Below, piece by piece: positions 50,983 through 60,409 of a DNA stretch of 64,000 bases. The notes beneath the pieces were generated by a model. That model searched no databases. It saw nothing but the letters and a program-made list of their open reading frames with translations, and had not been told where the DNA came from. Source of the DNA: Candidatus Cloacimonadales bacterium (GTDB lineage Bacteria; Cloacimonadota; Cloacimonadia; Cloacimonadales; JAIOQZ01); NCBI GenBank assembly GCA_963674825.1, contig OY771587.1, positions 608,001 through 672,000 of the forward strand. Direction: 5' to 3'. The stretch's first letter is position 1, and each line of letters starts with the position of its first letter. A program made the position numbers and the translations under genes.

Positions 50983-51474
50983 ATGCAAAAATTCTCACTC
51001 AACGAAGTCATCGAAATGGCAGTACAAATCGAACAGAGCGGCTACAGCTATTATGACAAAGCATTGGAACGCAAGGATCTGGATAACGAATCCAGAAACC
51101 TGTTAACCTTCCTGCGGGACGAAGAGATCAGGCACGAGAAAACCTTCATGGCGCTGCGCGATCACCTTGACGAAGTACAGATCATCGAGTCACAGGATTG
51201 GGATGTTGTTAGCTCCTACATGCAGGCAATCATCGATTCACGTATTTTTTCTTCACCGTCCTCAGCCATCCAGAGCGCACTTGAGGCCGAGAATGTCACA
51301 GAAGTTCTCATGAACGCCCTTTCATTCGAAAAAGATACCCTGCTGTATTTCCATGCACTTAACGATCAGGTCAGCGAAGGCAAGGCGAAAAACGCAATCC
51401 GCGCGATCATCGACGAAGAAATCAGCCATGTTCGCAAACTGAACGAATACAGGGAACAGCTTCTGAATTCCTGA
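50983..51474 (+). CDS. Ferritin-like / rubrerythrin family di-iron protein (no rubredoxin domain)
   Basis: AVQIE..GYSYY, DEEIRH, ALSFEKD, DEEISH; SD GGAGG. Confidence 0.9.
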   Translation: MQKFSLNEVIEMAVQIEQSGYSYYDKALERKDLDNESRNLLTFLRDEEIRHEKTFMALRDHLDEVQIIESQDWDVVSSYMQAIIDSRIFSSPSSAIQSALEAENVTEVLMNALSFEKDTLLYFHALNDQVSEGKAKNAIRAIIDEEISHVRKLNEYREQLLNS

Positions 51475-51561
51475 TCCCTCATCACACTATCATTCACGCA
51501 AGGCGATCGAACAGGAATCGATTTTCATCCATTCAACTCTTCTCGCCACAGGAGTAGCGCT

Positions 51562-52383
51562 ATGTTTTTCAATGATATATTGAACAAACAATTGAAATCG
51601 GAGAAGAATCCGATCAACCGAATGTATCTCAACACAATTATGATCAAATGGAAGAAGGTCGATAAGGCAGCAGAAGAACTTGCAGACCGCAAAGCCACCA
51701 TGGGCGATTTCGTAGAAGCGCTCAACGAGTTTTCAATCGAACTCCTGAATCCCAAATATCGCTTCGATCGCAATACCAAGAGCGGATTCAAGAGCAATCA
51801 CGAAATCTTCTCGGTCGCCTACTTGGACGACCTTCTTACCTTGCTGATAAGCCGGCACCCAATTCTTGAGGGTGGAGGCATTCGCTGGGGATATCAGCGG
51901 TTCTGCATGAATCTTCGCTTTTATCAGAAGAACCTCTTCACCGATAAAAACCCGGACATGCAATTCCGCGAATCACCACGCTTTATGCTACTCGGTCAGC
52001 AATTGGACCTTCAGTTCCGGCCAAAAGGCGTTCGCAATTTCAATAAGTATCAGATAACCATGCCAATTCTGCTTTTCCACTCCTTCCGTAACTTCATGGA
52101 AGACCACTTTATCCGTGCCGACTACTACTCGCGGCTGGCCAAGCTCAGCTACGATCGCTGCAAAAGTATCGTTATCGCCGAAACCATCGACGAGGGCTTC
52201 TACCCCGAGCTGGAAGAATCGAATATCGACAACATCTTCCTGCTTCGCGGGCAATCCAAGAACGGCCAGACCAAAGCGTTCTCGCTCGACATCGTAAGGA
52301 CACTGGACGAGAAAATCGAAGAGTACATCAACGAAGGCCAGCAAGATAAGAAACAGATTATCAAAAGCGGAATTATCGAATAA
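51562..52383 (+). CDS. Hypothetical protein, possible inactive Bpu10I-like restriction endonuclease fold
   Basis: SD AGGAG; C-terminal pattern AK...KSIVIAE..SNIDNIFLLR..DIV...IIKSGII recalls the Bpu10I family; no D..ExK at the expected sites. Confidence 0.55.
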   Translation: MFFNDILNKQLKSEKNPINRMYLNTIMIKWKKVDKAAEELADRKATMGDFVEALNEFSIELLNPKYRFDRNTKSGFKSNHEIFSVAYLDDLLTLLISRHPILEGGGIRWGYQRFCMNLRFYQKNLFTDKNPDMQFRESPRFMLLGQQLDLQFRPKGVRNFNKYQITMPILLFHSFRNFMEDHFIRADYYSRLAKLSYDRCKSIVIAETIDEGFYPELEESNIDNIFLLRGQSKNGQTKAFSLDIVRTLDEKIEEYINEGQQDKKQIIKSGIIE

Positions 52384-52394
52384 AGGAGGAAAGG

Positions 52395-54410
52395 ATGCCC
52401 GAACTCAAAGCCCCTTTGCAAATCACCCTATCCGAAGAACTCCCGGAAAAGAAACCATTTGAGCCAGGAATCAGAAGAGCACCGTCACGCGGATTCAATC
52501 TCAACAAACGCGAAACAGCCCTCGCACTGAAGAACGCGCTCAGATATATACCCGAATCGCTGCACGAGACCCTCGCACCCGAATTCTTGGAAGAGCTCAA
52601 GACCATGGGACGCATCTACGGCTACCGATATCGTCCCGCAGGCAAGCTCAGAGGTAAGTCCATTGACGAATACAAGGGCTCCGTGGAAGGTCGCGCACTT
52701 CAGGTCATGATCGATAACAATCTCGATTTTGACGTCGCGCTCTACCCCTACGAGCTGGTCACCTACGGCGAGACCGGACAAGTTTGCCAGAACTGGATGC
52801 AATACCAGCTCATCAAGCGCTACCTCGAAATCATCACCGAAGATCAGACACTGGTCGTCTCCTCGGGACACCCAGTGGGACTCTTCCCCTCAAAGCCCGA
52901 CGCGCCACGCGTCGTATCCACAAACGGCCTGATGGTCGGACAATGGGACGACCCGGATAACTTCCGTAAGCTCACCGCGCTTGGCTGCACCAACTACGGC
53001 CAGATGACCGCTGGCGGATGGATGTACATCGGCCCGCAGGGAATCGTCCACGGCACCTATATCACCGTGCTGAACGCGGCTCGTAAGTACCTCGGCCTTT
53101 CCAGCGACAAAAACCTTTCCGGCATCTGCTACGCCACATCGGGGCTCGGTGGAATGTCCGGTGCACAGGCCAAGGCGATCGAAATCGCCGGCGGTATCGG
53201 TATCATCGCGGAAGTCGAATACAGCCGCATCGAGACCCGTCACACGCAAGGTTGGGTCGGCAAAGTTTCCGATAACTTGCAACAAGTTTTCCAGTGGGTG
53301 GATGAATACAAAAAGAGCGGCGAGAGCGTCTCCATCGCCTACCACGGCAATGTGGTCGAGCTACTCGAATACATCGACGAACACGATATCGATATCCCGC
53401 TCATCTCCGACCAGACCTCCTGCCACGCCGTCTACGAAGGCGGTTACACTCCGGCAGGCGTCACCTATGAAGAAGGTCGCAAAATCATGACCGAAGATCC
53501 CGACAAGTTCAAGGAATTGGTTGATGAATCGCTCAAGCGCCACTACCAGGTGATCAAACGCCTGACGAAGAAGGGCTCGTATTTCTGGGATTACGGCAAC
53601 AGCTTCATGGCTTCCATTTTCGAAGCTGGTGAGAAGACCATCTCCAAGAACGGCGTCGATACCAGCGAAGGCTTCATCTGGCCCTCATACGTGGAAGACA
53701 TCATGGGCCCGATCTGCTTCGATAACGGCTACGGCCCCTTCCGTTGGGTCTGCCTCAGCGGTAAGGAAGAAGATCTCAAGCTCACCGATCAGCTCGCCAT
53801 GGAATGCATCGACCCGAATCGTAGTCCTCAAGACTTCGACAACTACCACTGGATCCGCACAGCCGAGCAGAACAAGCTCGTGGTCGGAACCAAAGCCCGT
53901 ATCCTCTACGCTGATGAAGAAGGACGCGTCCGCATCGCGCTCAAGTTCAACGAGATGATTCGCAAAGGCAAGCTCGGACCGGTCATGCTCGGACGCGATC
54001 ACCACGACGTTTCCGGCACCGATTCGCCCTTCCGCGAAACCGCCAACATCTACGACGGCAGCAATGTCACCGCCGATATGTCCGTTCAGTGCTTCGGTGG
54101 AAACATCGCGCGCGGTATGACACTGGTGGTCCTTTCCAACGGTGGCGGCGTCGGTATCGGCAGAGCCAGCAACGGCGGAAACGGAATCGTCCTGGACGGA
54201 AGCAAGAAAGCCGACAACATCATCAAGCTCGGACTCTCCTGGGATGTGATGGGCGGTGTCGCACGGCGCAACTGGGCACGTAACGACAACGCCATCAAGA
54301 CCGTCCGTGACTGGAACGAAAAACACCACGGCGAAGGGCACATCACCGTCCCGTACCTCGCCGACGATAATCTGATTGCAAGCCTCGTCGATAAGACGTT
54401 CGACGAATAG
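52395..54410 (+). CDS. hutU: Urocanate hydratase (long form)
   Basis: NNLDFDVALYPYELVTYG, GQMTAGGWMYIGPQGIVHGT, GLGGMSGAQ, SDQTSCH, YGPFRW, GRDHHDVSG. Confidence 0.95.
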   Translation: MPELKAPLQITLSEELPEKKPFEPGIRRAPSRGFNLNKRETALALKNALRYIPESLHETLAPEFLEELKTMGRIYGYRYRPAGKLRGKSIDEYKGSVEGRALQVMIDNNLDFDVALYPYELVTYGETGQVCQNWMQYQLIKRYLEIITEDQTLVVSSGHPVGLFPSKPDAPRVVSTNGLMVGQWDDPDNFRKLTALGCTNYGQMTAGGWMYIGPQGIVHGTYITVLNAARKYLGLSSDKNLSGICYATSGLGGMSGAQAKAIEIAGGIGIIAEVEYSRIETRHTQGWVGKVSDNLQQVFQWVDEYKKSGESVSIAYHGNVVELLEYIDEHDIDIPLISDQTSCHAVYEGGYTPAGVTYEEGRKIMTEDPDKFKELVDESLKRHYQVIKRLTKKGSYFWDYGNSFMASIFEAGEKTISKNGVDTSEGFIWPSYVEDIMGPICFDNGYGPFRWVCLSGKEEDLKLTDQLAMECIDPNRSPQDFDNYHWIRTAEQNKLVVGTKARILYADEEGRVRIALKFNEMIRKGKLGPVMLGRDHHDVSGTDSPFRETANIYDGSNVTADMSVQCFGGNIARGMTLVVLSNGGGVGIGRASNGGNGIVLDGSKKADNIIKLGLSWDVMGGVARRNWARNDNAIKTVRDWNEKHHGEGHITVPYLADDNLIASLVDKTFDE

Positions 54411-54419
54411 GAAGCGGTT

Positions 54420-55583
54420 TTGGATCAAACATACGCACTCTCCGGCGCGAGAATCTACACCGCTGAAACAGGCATCATCGATACGGGCGCGATCCTGATC
54501 GAGAACGGCCTGATCAAGGCGGTCGGAAGCGATATCGAGATCCCGGATGGCTTTGCGCGCTACGATCTTCGTGGAAAATGCGTCACGCCGGGATTTATTG
54601 ACTCCCACAGCCACATCGGCGTCTTCAACGAAGGTGCCGGCAGTGTAGGCCACGACGGCAACGACTACGGCGAACCCGTGCAGCCCATGTTGCGCGCGTT
54701 GGACGCCATTTATCCAGACGATCCCGCATTCGCCGACGCGCTGCAAAATGGCATCACCTCGCTGTGTATCACGCCCGGAAGCGGAAACGTTATCGGCGGC
54801 CAGATGGCCCTGATCAAGAACCGTGGTAACATCATCGAAGAGATGGTCGTGGATTCGTTCGTTGGCCTCAAATGCGCCTTCGGTGAGAATCCCAAGGTGC
54901 GCTACTCCGGTATGAACAAGATTCCCGGAACGCGCATGGGTATCGCCGCGATGGTGCGTAAGACTTTCATGAAAGCGATCCGCTATCAAGAGAAGAAACT
55001 CGCGAACACGGAGTCGTACTTCGAGATCAACCCGGATATGGAAGTGCTGCTGAAAGTGCTCTCGCGGGAAGTCCCGCTACGTGCGCATGCCCACCGCATG
55101 GACGACATCCAGACCGCGATCCGTATCGCGGAGGAATTCGACCTCAAGCTGGTGATCGAGCATTGCACGGAAGGCTGGACTATCGCCGATTTTCTCGCCC
55201 GAAAGCAAGTACCCATCATCATCGGACCGCTGAACAGCACACGAACCAAGGTCGAGCTGCGCAACAAATCGCTCGAATCACCACGTGTACTGGAAGAAGC
55301 CGGCGTCGAGTTCTCGATCATGACCGACGCTCCGGTGCAAAGAGTTGGAACTCTCTTCGACGATGTGCGTTTATCCGTACGAAATGGCCTCTCCGAAGAG
55401 ACCGCCCTACAAACGATAACCATCAGACCGGCGCGAATCCTTGGCTACGATCACCAGATCGGCAGCATTAAAGCAGGTAAACACGCCGATCTCAATATCT
55501 TCTCTGGCGATCCTTTCGATAGCCGGAATCGTATCGAGACCGTTATCATCAACGGTAAAATATTGTATGGAGCTATTCAATGA
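54420..55583 (+). CDS. Metal-dependent amidohydrolase (imidazolonepropionase-like superfamily)
   Basis: PGFIDSHSH, LKCAFGENP, HAHR, IEHCTE, TDAP, GSIKAGKHAD; TTG start. Confidence 0.85.
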   Translation: MDQTYALSGARIYTAETGIIDTGAILIENGLIKAVGSDIEIPDGFARYDLRGKCVTPGFIDSHSHIGVFNEGAGSVGHDGNDYGEPVQPMLRALDAIYPDDPAFADALQNGITSLCITPGSGNVIGGQMALIKNRGNIIEEMVVDSFVGLKCAFGENPKVRYSGMNKIPGTRMGIAAMVRKTFMKAIRYQEKKLANTESYFEINPDMEVLLKVLSREVPLRAHAHRMDDIQTAIRIAEEFDLKLVIEHCTEGWTIADFLARKQVPIIIGPLNSTRTKVELRNKSLESPRVLEEAGVEFSIMTDAPVQRVGTLFDDVRLSVRNGLSEETALQTITIRPARILGYDHQIGSIKAGKHADLNIFSGDPFDSRNRIETVIINGKILYGAIQ

Positions 55584-56923
55584 GTAAACTTATGACCAGC
55601 GTCTCCGGTGTTCGTGGCGTCTTCGGCGACACCCTCACCCCCGATATAGCGCTTCGCTACGCCGCACACTTCGGCATCCTTCAAGACCGCGGCAAGATCA
55701 TCATCGGTCGCGACTCCCGCCGTACCGGCCCCGCCATGCTGCATGCAGTGGTTTCGGGCCTGATGAGCGTAGGTTGCGAAGTGATCGACCTTGGCATCGT
55801 CCCCACCCCGACCGTCCTCCTGGCTGTCGAGGAGAGCGACGCATCCGGCGGTATCTGCATCACCGCGTCACACAACCCGGCACAGTGGAATGCAATGAAG
55901 TTCGTCGATTCGAACGGTCTGTTCCTATACCCCGAGAAAGCGCAAAAATTCCTCTCCATGATCGACACACCAATCTACTATGCCGAGTGGAATCACATGG
56001 GCTCGTTCAGCACGGACGACCAGGCTGTGCAACGGCACATCGATAAGATCCTCTCTGTGCCGTACGTAGATGTAGAAGCGATCCGCGAGAAAAACTTCTC
56101 CGTCGCGATGGACTGCGTTAATGGCGCTGGTGGCGTCATGGCCGTAGAGCTGCTCCAGCGGCTGAATTGCAAGGTACTTGAGCTCAACTGTGAGCAAACC
56201 GGTATCTTCGCGCATCCGCCCGAGCCGTTGAACGAAAACCTCTCGCAGATCGAAGACGCGGTGCGTATCGGACTGTGCGATATAGGCTTCGCTACCGATC
56301 CCGATGCGGACAGGCTTTCCATCATCAACGAAGACGGCGAGGCTATCGGCGAAGAATTCTCGCTGCTGCTGGCAGAATCGTTCATCCTTTCGCATAAAAA
56401 AGGCGACATTGTCACCAACCTCTCTTCCTCTATGGCTTCGGAAGACATCGCAGAGAAGAATGGCGTGAAGGTTCACCGAACCAAAGTCGGCGAGATCAAT
56501 GTCGGCAAGCTCATGAAAGAGATCCAGAGCCCGGTAGGCGGTGAAGGCAACGGAGGAATCATCTGTCCGGATGTGCATTACACCCGCGACGCCTTCATCG
56601 GTATGGCGCTGATCCTCTCCTATATGGCACAGACAGAGAAGAAGATTTCCGAGCTGGTCAGCGAAATCCCGCGCTACTACTTCGGTAAAATGAAGATCGA
56701 AGTCGCACCGGACATTCTCGACCCGATCATGCAGAAAGCCGAACGCATCTACGCGAACGAGAAGCTCGATCGCACCGACGGTCTCAAGATCATTGGGGAT
56801 AAATACTGGGTTCACATCCGCAAGTCGGGTACCGAACCCATCATCCGCGTCTATGCGGAAAGCGAATCGCCCGAGCGCTCCATCGAGATCTGCAAGACGA
56901 CGATCAAGGAATTGACTGAATAG
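55580..56923 (+). CDS. glmM: Phosphohexomutase (phosphoglucosamine mutase / phosphomannomutase)
   Basis: SVSGVRG, ITASHNP phospho-Ser loop, DPDADR, GGEGNGG, RKSGTEP; substrate specificity not certain. Confidence 0.75.
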   Translation: MSKLMTSVSGVRGVFGDTLTPDIALRYAAHFGILQDRGKIIIGRDSRRTGPAMLHAVVSGLMSVGCEVIDLGIVPTPTVLLAVEESDASGGICITASHNPAQWNAMKFVDSNGLFLYPEKAQKFLSMIDTPIYYAEWNHMGSFSTDDQAVQRHIDKILSVPYVDVEAIREKNFSVAMDCVNGAGGVMAVELLQRLNCKVLELNCEQTGIFAHPPEPLNENLSQIEDAVRIGLCDIGFATDPDADRLSIINEDGEAIGEEFSLLLAESFILSHKKGDIVTNLSSSMASEDIAEKNGVKVHRTKVGEINVGKLMKEIQSPVGGEGNGGIICPDVHYTRDAFIGMALILSYMAQTEKKISELVSEIPRYYFGKMKIEVAPDILDPIMQKAERIYANEKLDRTDGLKIIGDKYWVHIRKSGTEPIIRVYAESESPERSIEICKTTIKELTE

Positions 56924-56931
56924 ATTATAAG

Positions 56932-56969
56932 AACCCATTGCCCTCTCATTTCGAGGGGACAATGGGGTT
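56932..56969. terminator. Probable bidirectional terminator between convergent operons
   Basis: CCCATTG-CCCTC...GAGGG-(GA)-CAATGGG hairpin. Confidence 0.6.
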
Positions 56970-57632
56970 ATTCTTGAATCACGTAGAATGTAGTAAAACG
57001 GAATTGAATACCAATACTTGCTTCGAGTATATCATCATGATTCGACCAGGACTCATCTACCGGTGAGAATTCCCGATCACAAACAACGATTCCACCCTTA
57101 ATCGTTAAATCGGCCGAACTCACCAATGTTCGACTCAATTTAACATTCCATCCGAGCAATATTCCGGCATTTATTCCACCTCTAATCATCCGATAATCAT
57201 ATTTTATAGGGTCTTCGTGTTCAAACTTTCTCAACCACGCTCTATCGGATGCATAGCCAGTTTCAAGGCCAACGCTGTATCCCAACCAGTTCCGATAACT
57301 TTTATCTGCACTTATCGTATATCCTCGTTGAACCTCAATTGAGACAATGTTAAAAGTAACTCGATCCAGATCATACAACCCATATCCATGTGTACTAGAG
57401 TATTTGTGGGTCAATTGTCCTGCGCTGAGTATAAAGCGCCGATTTCTGCTCTGGCGTAAGAGGTTCGTATCATACATACAACTCCCACTCCAGAAAAAAC
57501 CACTCATGTTTTGTGCACTCAGAACGCCATACTGCCCGGCTTCAAAACCGCCGCCCACGCCAAGCCCAACACCTTTTGCATATAGACTTATCCGGCGAAT
57601 AGCAATGTTAGGATGCAGAAAAATTTGTTCAT
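56968..57632 (-). pseudogene. Beta-barrel OMP paralog 6, frameshifted in the signal peptide
   Basis: ATG 57632 (ATGA overlap) gives MNKFFCILTLLFAG-stop; the -1 frame continues ISLYAKGVGLGVGGGFE..YDTN.. Confidence 0.7.
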
Positions 57633-58339
57633 TCTACCCACCTCTCCCACGGCGTGAAGACCGTGATTATTTCCAGCATGATCGTGTAGCCATGCGCTGA
57701 AAGATCGTCGCGGAAATAAATAAATCCATCGTCATTCGGCCAATCGACTTCAAACGCTCCGCGCTGCGTCGTGTAGAGAAACGAAAGCTCGGTTGTAAGC
57801 GCCAGGAATCGATACAGGCGGTAATTCATGGCATATACCGCGCCGATGGATGTTTCAACGATATCGAGATCCCATACAGCCGAGTCATCGTAGTTGCCGA
57901 AGCTGGTGTACTCGTATTCGTTGAACGAGGTAATCCCGTATTTGAACTTCGGTCCCGCCCAGAAGCGTATCTTTTTCGTGCGGTACAGCCCAACGCCGAA
58001 TGCTACCTCGAAGTGCATCTCGTTGGTCGTAAGCTTTGCATCCGAGCCATCCGGCAGAATCCCGCCGAAATCCCATTCATAGCGCATTTGCCCGATCTTG
58101 AATCGAGCGTTGGCAACCCGGTTCTTGAACATGTTGGTATCCAGGAAGTACTCGAATCCGGACTGCGTTGATGTATGGTCACGCAGCATGCTGTAATCCC
58201 GGTCCTGTCCCTGCTGGTAATAATCGATATCATGGTAGGCTTGCCCGAAGTTGTACCCGGCTTTGTATCCGATCCCCAGTCCGATCGCGAAAAGCGAGGA
58301 GCAAAAGCCCAGTGCGATGATCAGAAGTAGTCGTTTCAT
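57629..58339 (-). CDS. Putative outer-membrane beta-barrel protein, paralog 5
   Basis: Signal peptide, IGLGIG, LDTN..NARFKIG, FWAGP; SD GAGG. Confidence 0.75.
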   Translation of the reverse strand: MKRLLLIIALGFCSSLFAIGLGIGYKAGYNFGQAYHDIDYYQQGQDRDYSMLRDHTSTQSGFEYFLDTNMFKNRVANARFKIGQMRYEWDFGGILPDGSDAKLTTNEMHFEVAFGVGLYRTKKIRFWAGPKFKYGITSFNEYEYTSFGNYDDSAVWDLDIVETSIGAVYAMNYRLYRFLALTTELSFLYTTQRGAFEVDWPNDDGFIYFRDDLSAHGYTIMLEIITVFTPWERWVE

Positions 58340-58349
58340 GTGCTTATCC

Positions 58350-59012
58350 TCACTCGAACATGGTGAACATCAGGCTGAACCTGAGCAGCAGGGTTGAACT
58401 GATGGTGAAATAGGAAACCGTATCGCTCGGCGATCCCGCGTCGGAGACATCCTCCAGATGGCGAACGCCGTGCATCGTCTGGCCATACCAGACCATCTCC
58501 GCATTCAAGGCAGACCACGCGCTCAGCAGATAAGTGTATCCCACCGAAATACCCATGCCCATGCCGTATGTATGCGACCACTGCCTGCGCGTGACATCCT
58601 GATCGTCATCCCGTATATACTCGCTTTTATCTCCGTTCTGATACTCGAGGAGGAGGGTCGGTCCTACCGATATGCAATTACGGTCTGCGGAAGATACCGG
58701 GAAATACAGCGTGTAAAAGAGCGAATACATATCGAATTGCTCTTCATCCAGTCCCTCGATATCAGACTCGTAAAACATGGTGCGGCGTCCCATTCCAAGC
58801 GCAAACCGGTGGTTGACTGCCGTTGTGTCTGTCACATTCGTATCGAAAATGACATCAGCATGCCATTTGGTTAGCGTGCTGTACCCGGTGAGCATGTAAA
58901 ATCCCTGCTCGTTGCCGATATCAAACGCACCACCGATACCAATCGCGGAAAGTCCTGAGGCGACTACAAGGAGCATGACCGGCAACCAGAGCTTCTTCAT
59001 GCGCGTCATCAT
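58350..59012 (-). CDS. Putative outer-membrane beta-barrel protein, paralog 4
   Basis: Signal peptide, IGIGG, FDTN..NHRFALG, SVGPT; SD GGAGGAG. Confidence 0.75.
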   Translation of the reverse strand: MMTRMKKLWLPVMLLVVASGLSAIGIGGAFDIGNEQGFYMLTGYSTLTKWHADVIFDTNVTDTTAVNHRFALGMGRRTMFYESDIEGLDEEQFDMYSLFYTLYFPVSSADRNCISVGPTLLLEYQNGDKSEYIRDDDQDVTRRQWSHTYGMGMGISVGYTYLLSAWSALNAEMVWYGQTMHGVRHLEDVSDAGSPSDTVSYFTISSTLLLRFSLMFTMFE

Positions 59013-59599
59013 TTCTCCTCCTTTGTCTCGGAAGAAACGAAGATCGTGTAGAGCGAAAGCCTGATCATCGAGTCCATCGTATCCTCGAAATTGTATTCGT
59101 AGTCGTAACCCAATTCGAGAGAGATTGCGAAATTCGGCGTTATCATCACATTGCTACCAAGAGAAACGCCCACCCCGTAGAGTCCCACATCGTCATCGTC
59201 CTTGTAGTTGTGCGACTCCAGCGTCAACGAAGGTCCGGCCCAGAGCTTGAACTTCTCGCGCCTCAAGAATGCGAATCCCAGCGTCTGATTGAAGTGAAAG
59301 AAGTCGCTGCTCGATGCGAAACGATCATCGAAATTGACGTCACGTGAATAGTCGGTCTTCCCCACGCCAAACTTCATTCGATAAGCGAAAATTGTTTCCG
59401 GGCCAACGTGCGTATCAACCATCATGAATACGATGCGATGCTTGTTCATCGTGAATTGTCCCGGTTCGTCCTGCCCGACTCGATCTTTGGTCTCGTCACC
59501 CCAGCCAAAGCCGTACTCAGCGCCCATCCCGACGCCTACCGCGGATAGCTGGAGAAGTAGTGTAAACAGCAGTGCCATAAGCGATAATCGTTTCGACAC
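59009..59599 (-). CDS. Putative outer-membrane beta-barrel protein, paralog 3
   Basis: GTG start with SD GAGGAGG; VGVGMG, VDTH..FAYRMKFG, LWAGPS. Confidence 0.75.
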   Translation of the reverse strand: MSKRLSLMALLFTLLLQLSAVGVGMGAEYGFGWGDETKDRVGQDEPGQFTMNKHRIVFMMVDTHVGPETIFAYRMKFGVGKTDYSRDVNFDDRFASSSDFFHFNQTLGFAFLRREKFKLWAGPSLTLESHNYKDDDDVGLYGVGVSLGSNVMITPNFAISLELGYDYEYNFEDTMDSMIRLSLYTIFVSSETKEEK

Positions 59600-59636
59600 G
59601 TGGAGCCCTCCTCAGTGTTGAAATCAAGTTAACCCA

Positions 59637-59665
59637 ATCTTAAACGTGAAATGAAAAGTTGTAAA
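59637..59665 (-). promoter_or_regulatory. Sigma70-type promoter for OMP paralogs 3-6
   Basis: TTTACA-N17-TAAGAT. Confidence 0.5.
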
Positions 59666-59701
59666 GAGAAAAACCAATCGTCTATTCGTTAATAACACGC
59701 A

Positions 59702-60409
59702 TTATTGCTCGAACAGACAGAGCATCGGATATATTTTCAGCATGAATGTCGTGCTTCTGCCATCAAAGGTTGTTACATTCCAGTCGAAATTGCCGTACGC
59801 TCCGGATTCATCTTCGTACCAGTAGTTCATCTCGCCAACAGTGATGTCATAGATGATTGAGAGCTCTGTTGTGATCGCTATAAAAGGAAGCACTTTGAAG
59901 TTCGCGCCAAGCGTTGGACCGAATCCGAAATCGAGATACCAACTGTCACGGCTTTGCTCGAAATCAATGCCATCCTCGTTCTCGCCGGAATAGGATTCGT
60001 CGGAATATGCATATTGAACCGATATCGACGGCCCCATCCACAGCCGGAAATTGTCGTTGCGAACAATGCCGAAGCCAAATGAGTGTTCTGTAGAAAAAGT
60101 GTTGAATTCCTCATCCCTCAAACGACCCGCAAAGCCTTCGTCGTAATTGCGATCGATGGAGCCATAGGAAAACTTGATCCGGTAGTTGAACAGCGTAGGT
60201 TTACTTAAATTGGTATCCATGACAAATCCGAAGCGTTTGATCGACGAGTCGTAGGAGACCTCGCCGAGATCGTTACCGGTCTGGAAGCCCCAATCTGTGT
60301 CGTAATTGACGTGTCCGGTGTCCCAACCAAATTCGTTTCCCATGCCAATGCCAGAGGCCATCAGCGATCCGACCAGAAAAATCATTGCGCATAAAGAAGC
60401 AAACTTCAT
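59702..60409 (-). CDS. Putative outer-membrane beta-barrel protein, paralog 2
   Basis: SGIGMG, GFVMDTN..LFNYRIKF, STEHSFGF, RLWMGPS; ATGA overlap. Confidence 0.75.
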   Translation of the reverse strand: MKFASLCAMIFLVGSLMASGIGMGNEFGWDTGHVNYDTDWGFQTGNDLGEVSYDSSIKRFGFVMDTNLSKPTLFNYRIKFSYGSIDRNYDEGFAGRLRDEEFNTFSTEHSFGFGIVRNDNFRLWMGPSISVQYAYSDESYSGENEDGIDFEQSRDSWYLDFGFGPTLGANFKVLPFIAITTELSIIYDITVGEMNYWYEDESGAYGNFDWNVTTFDGRSTTFMLKIYPMLCLFEQ

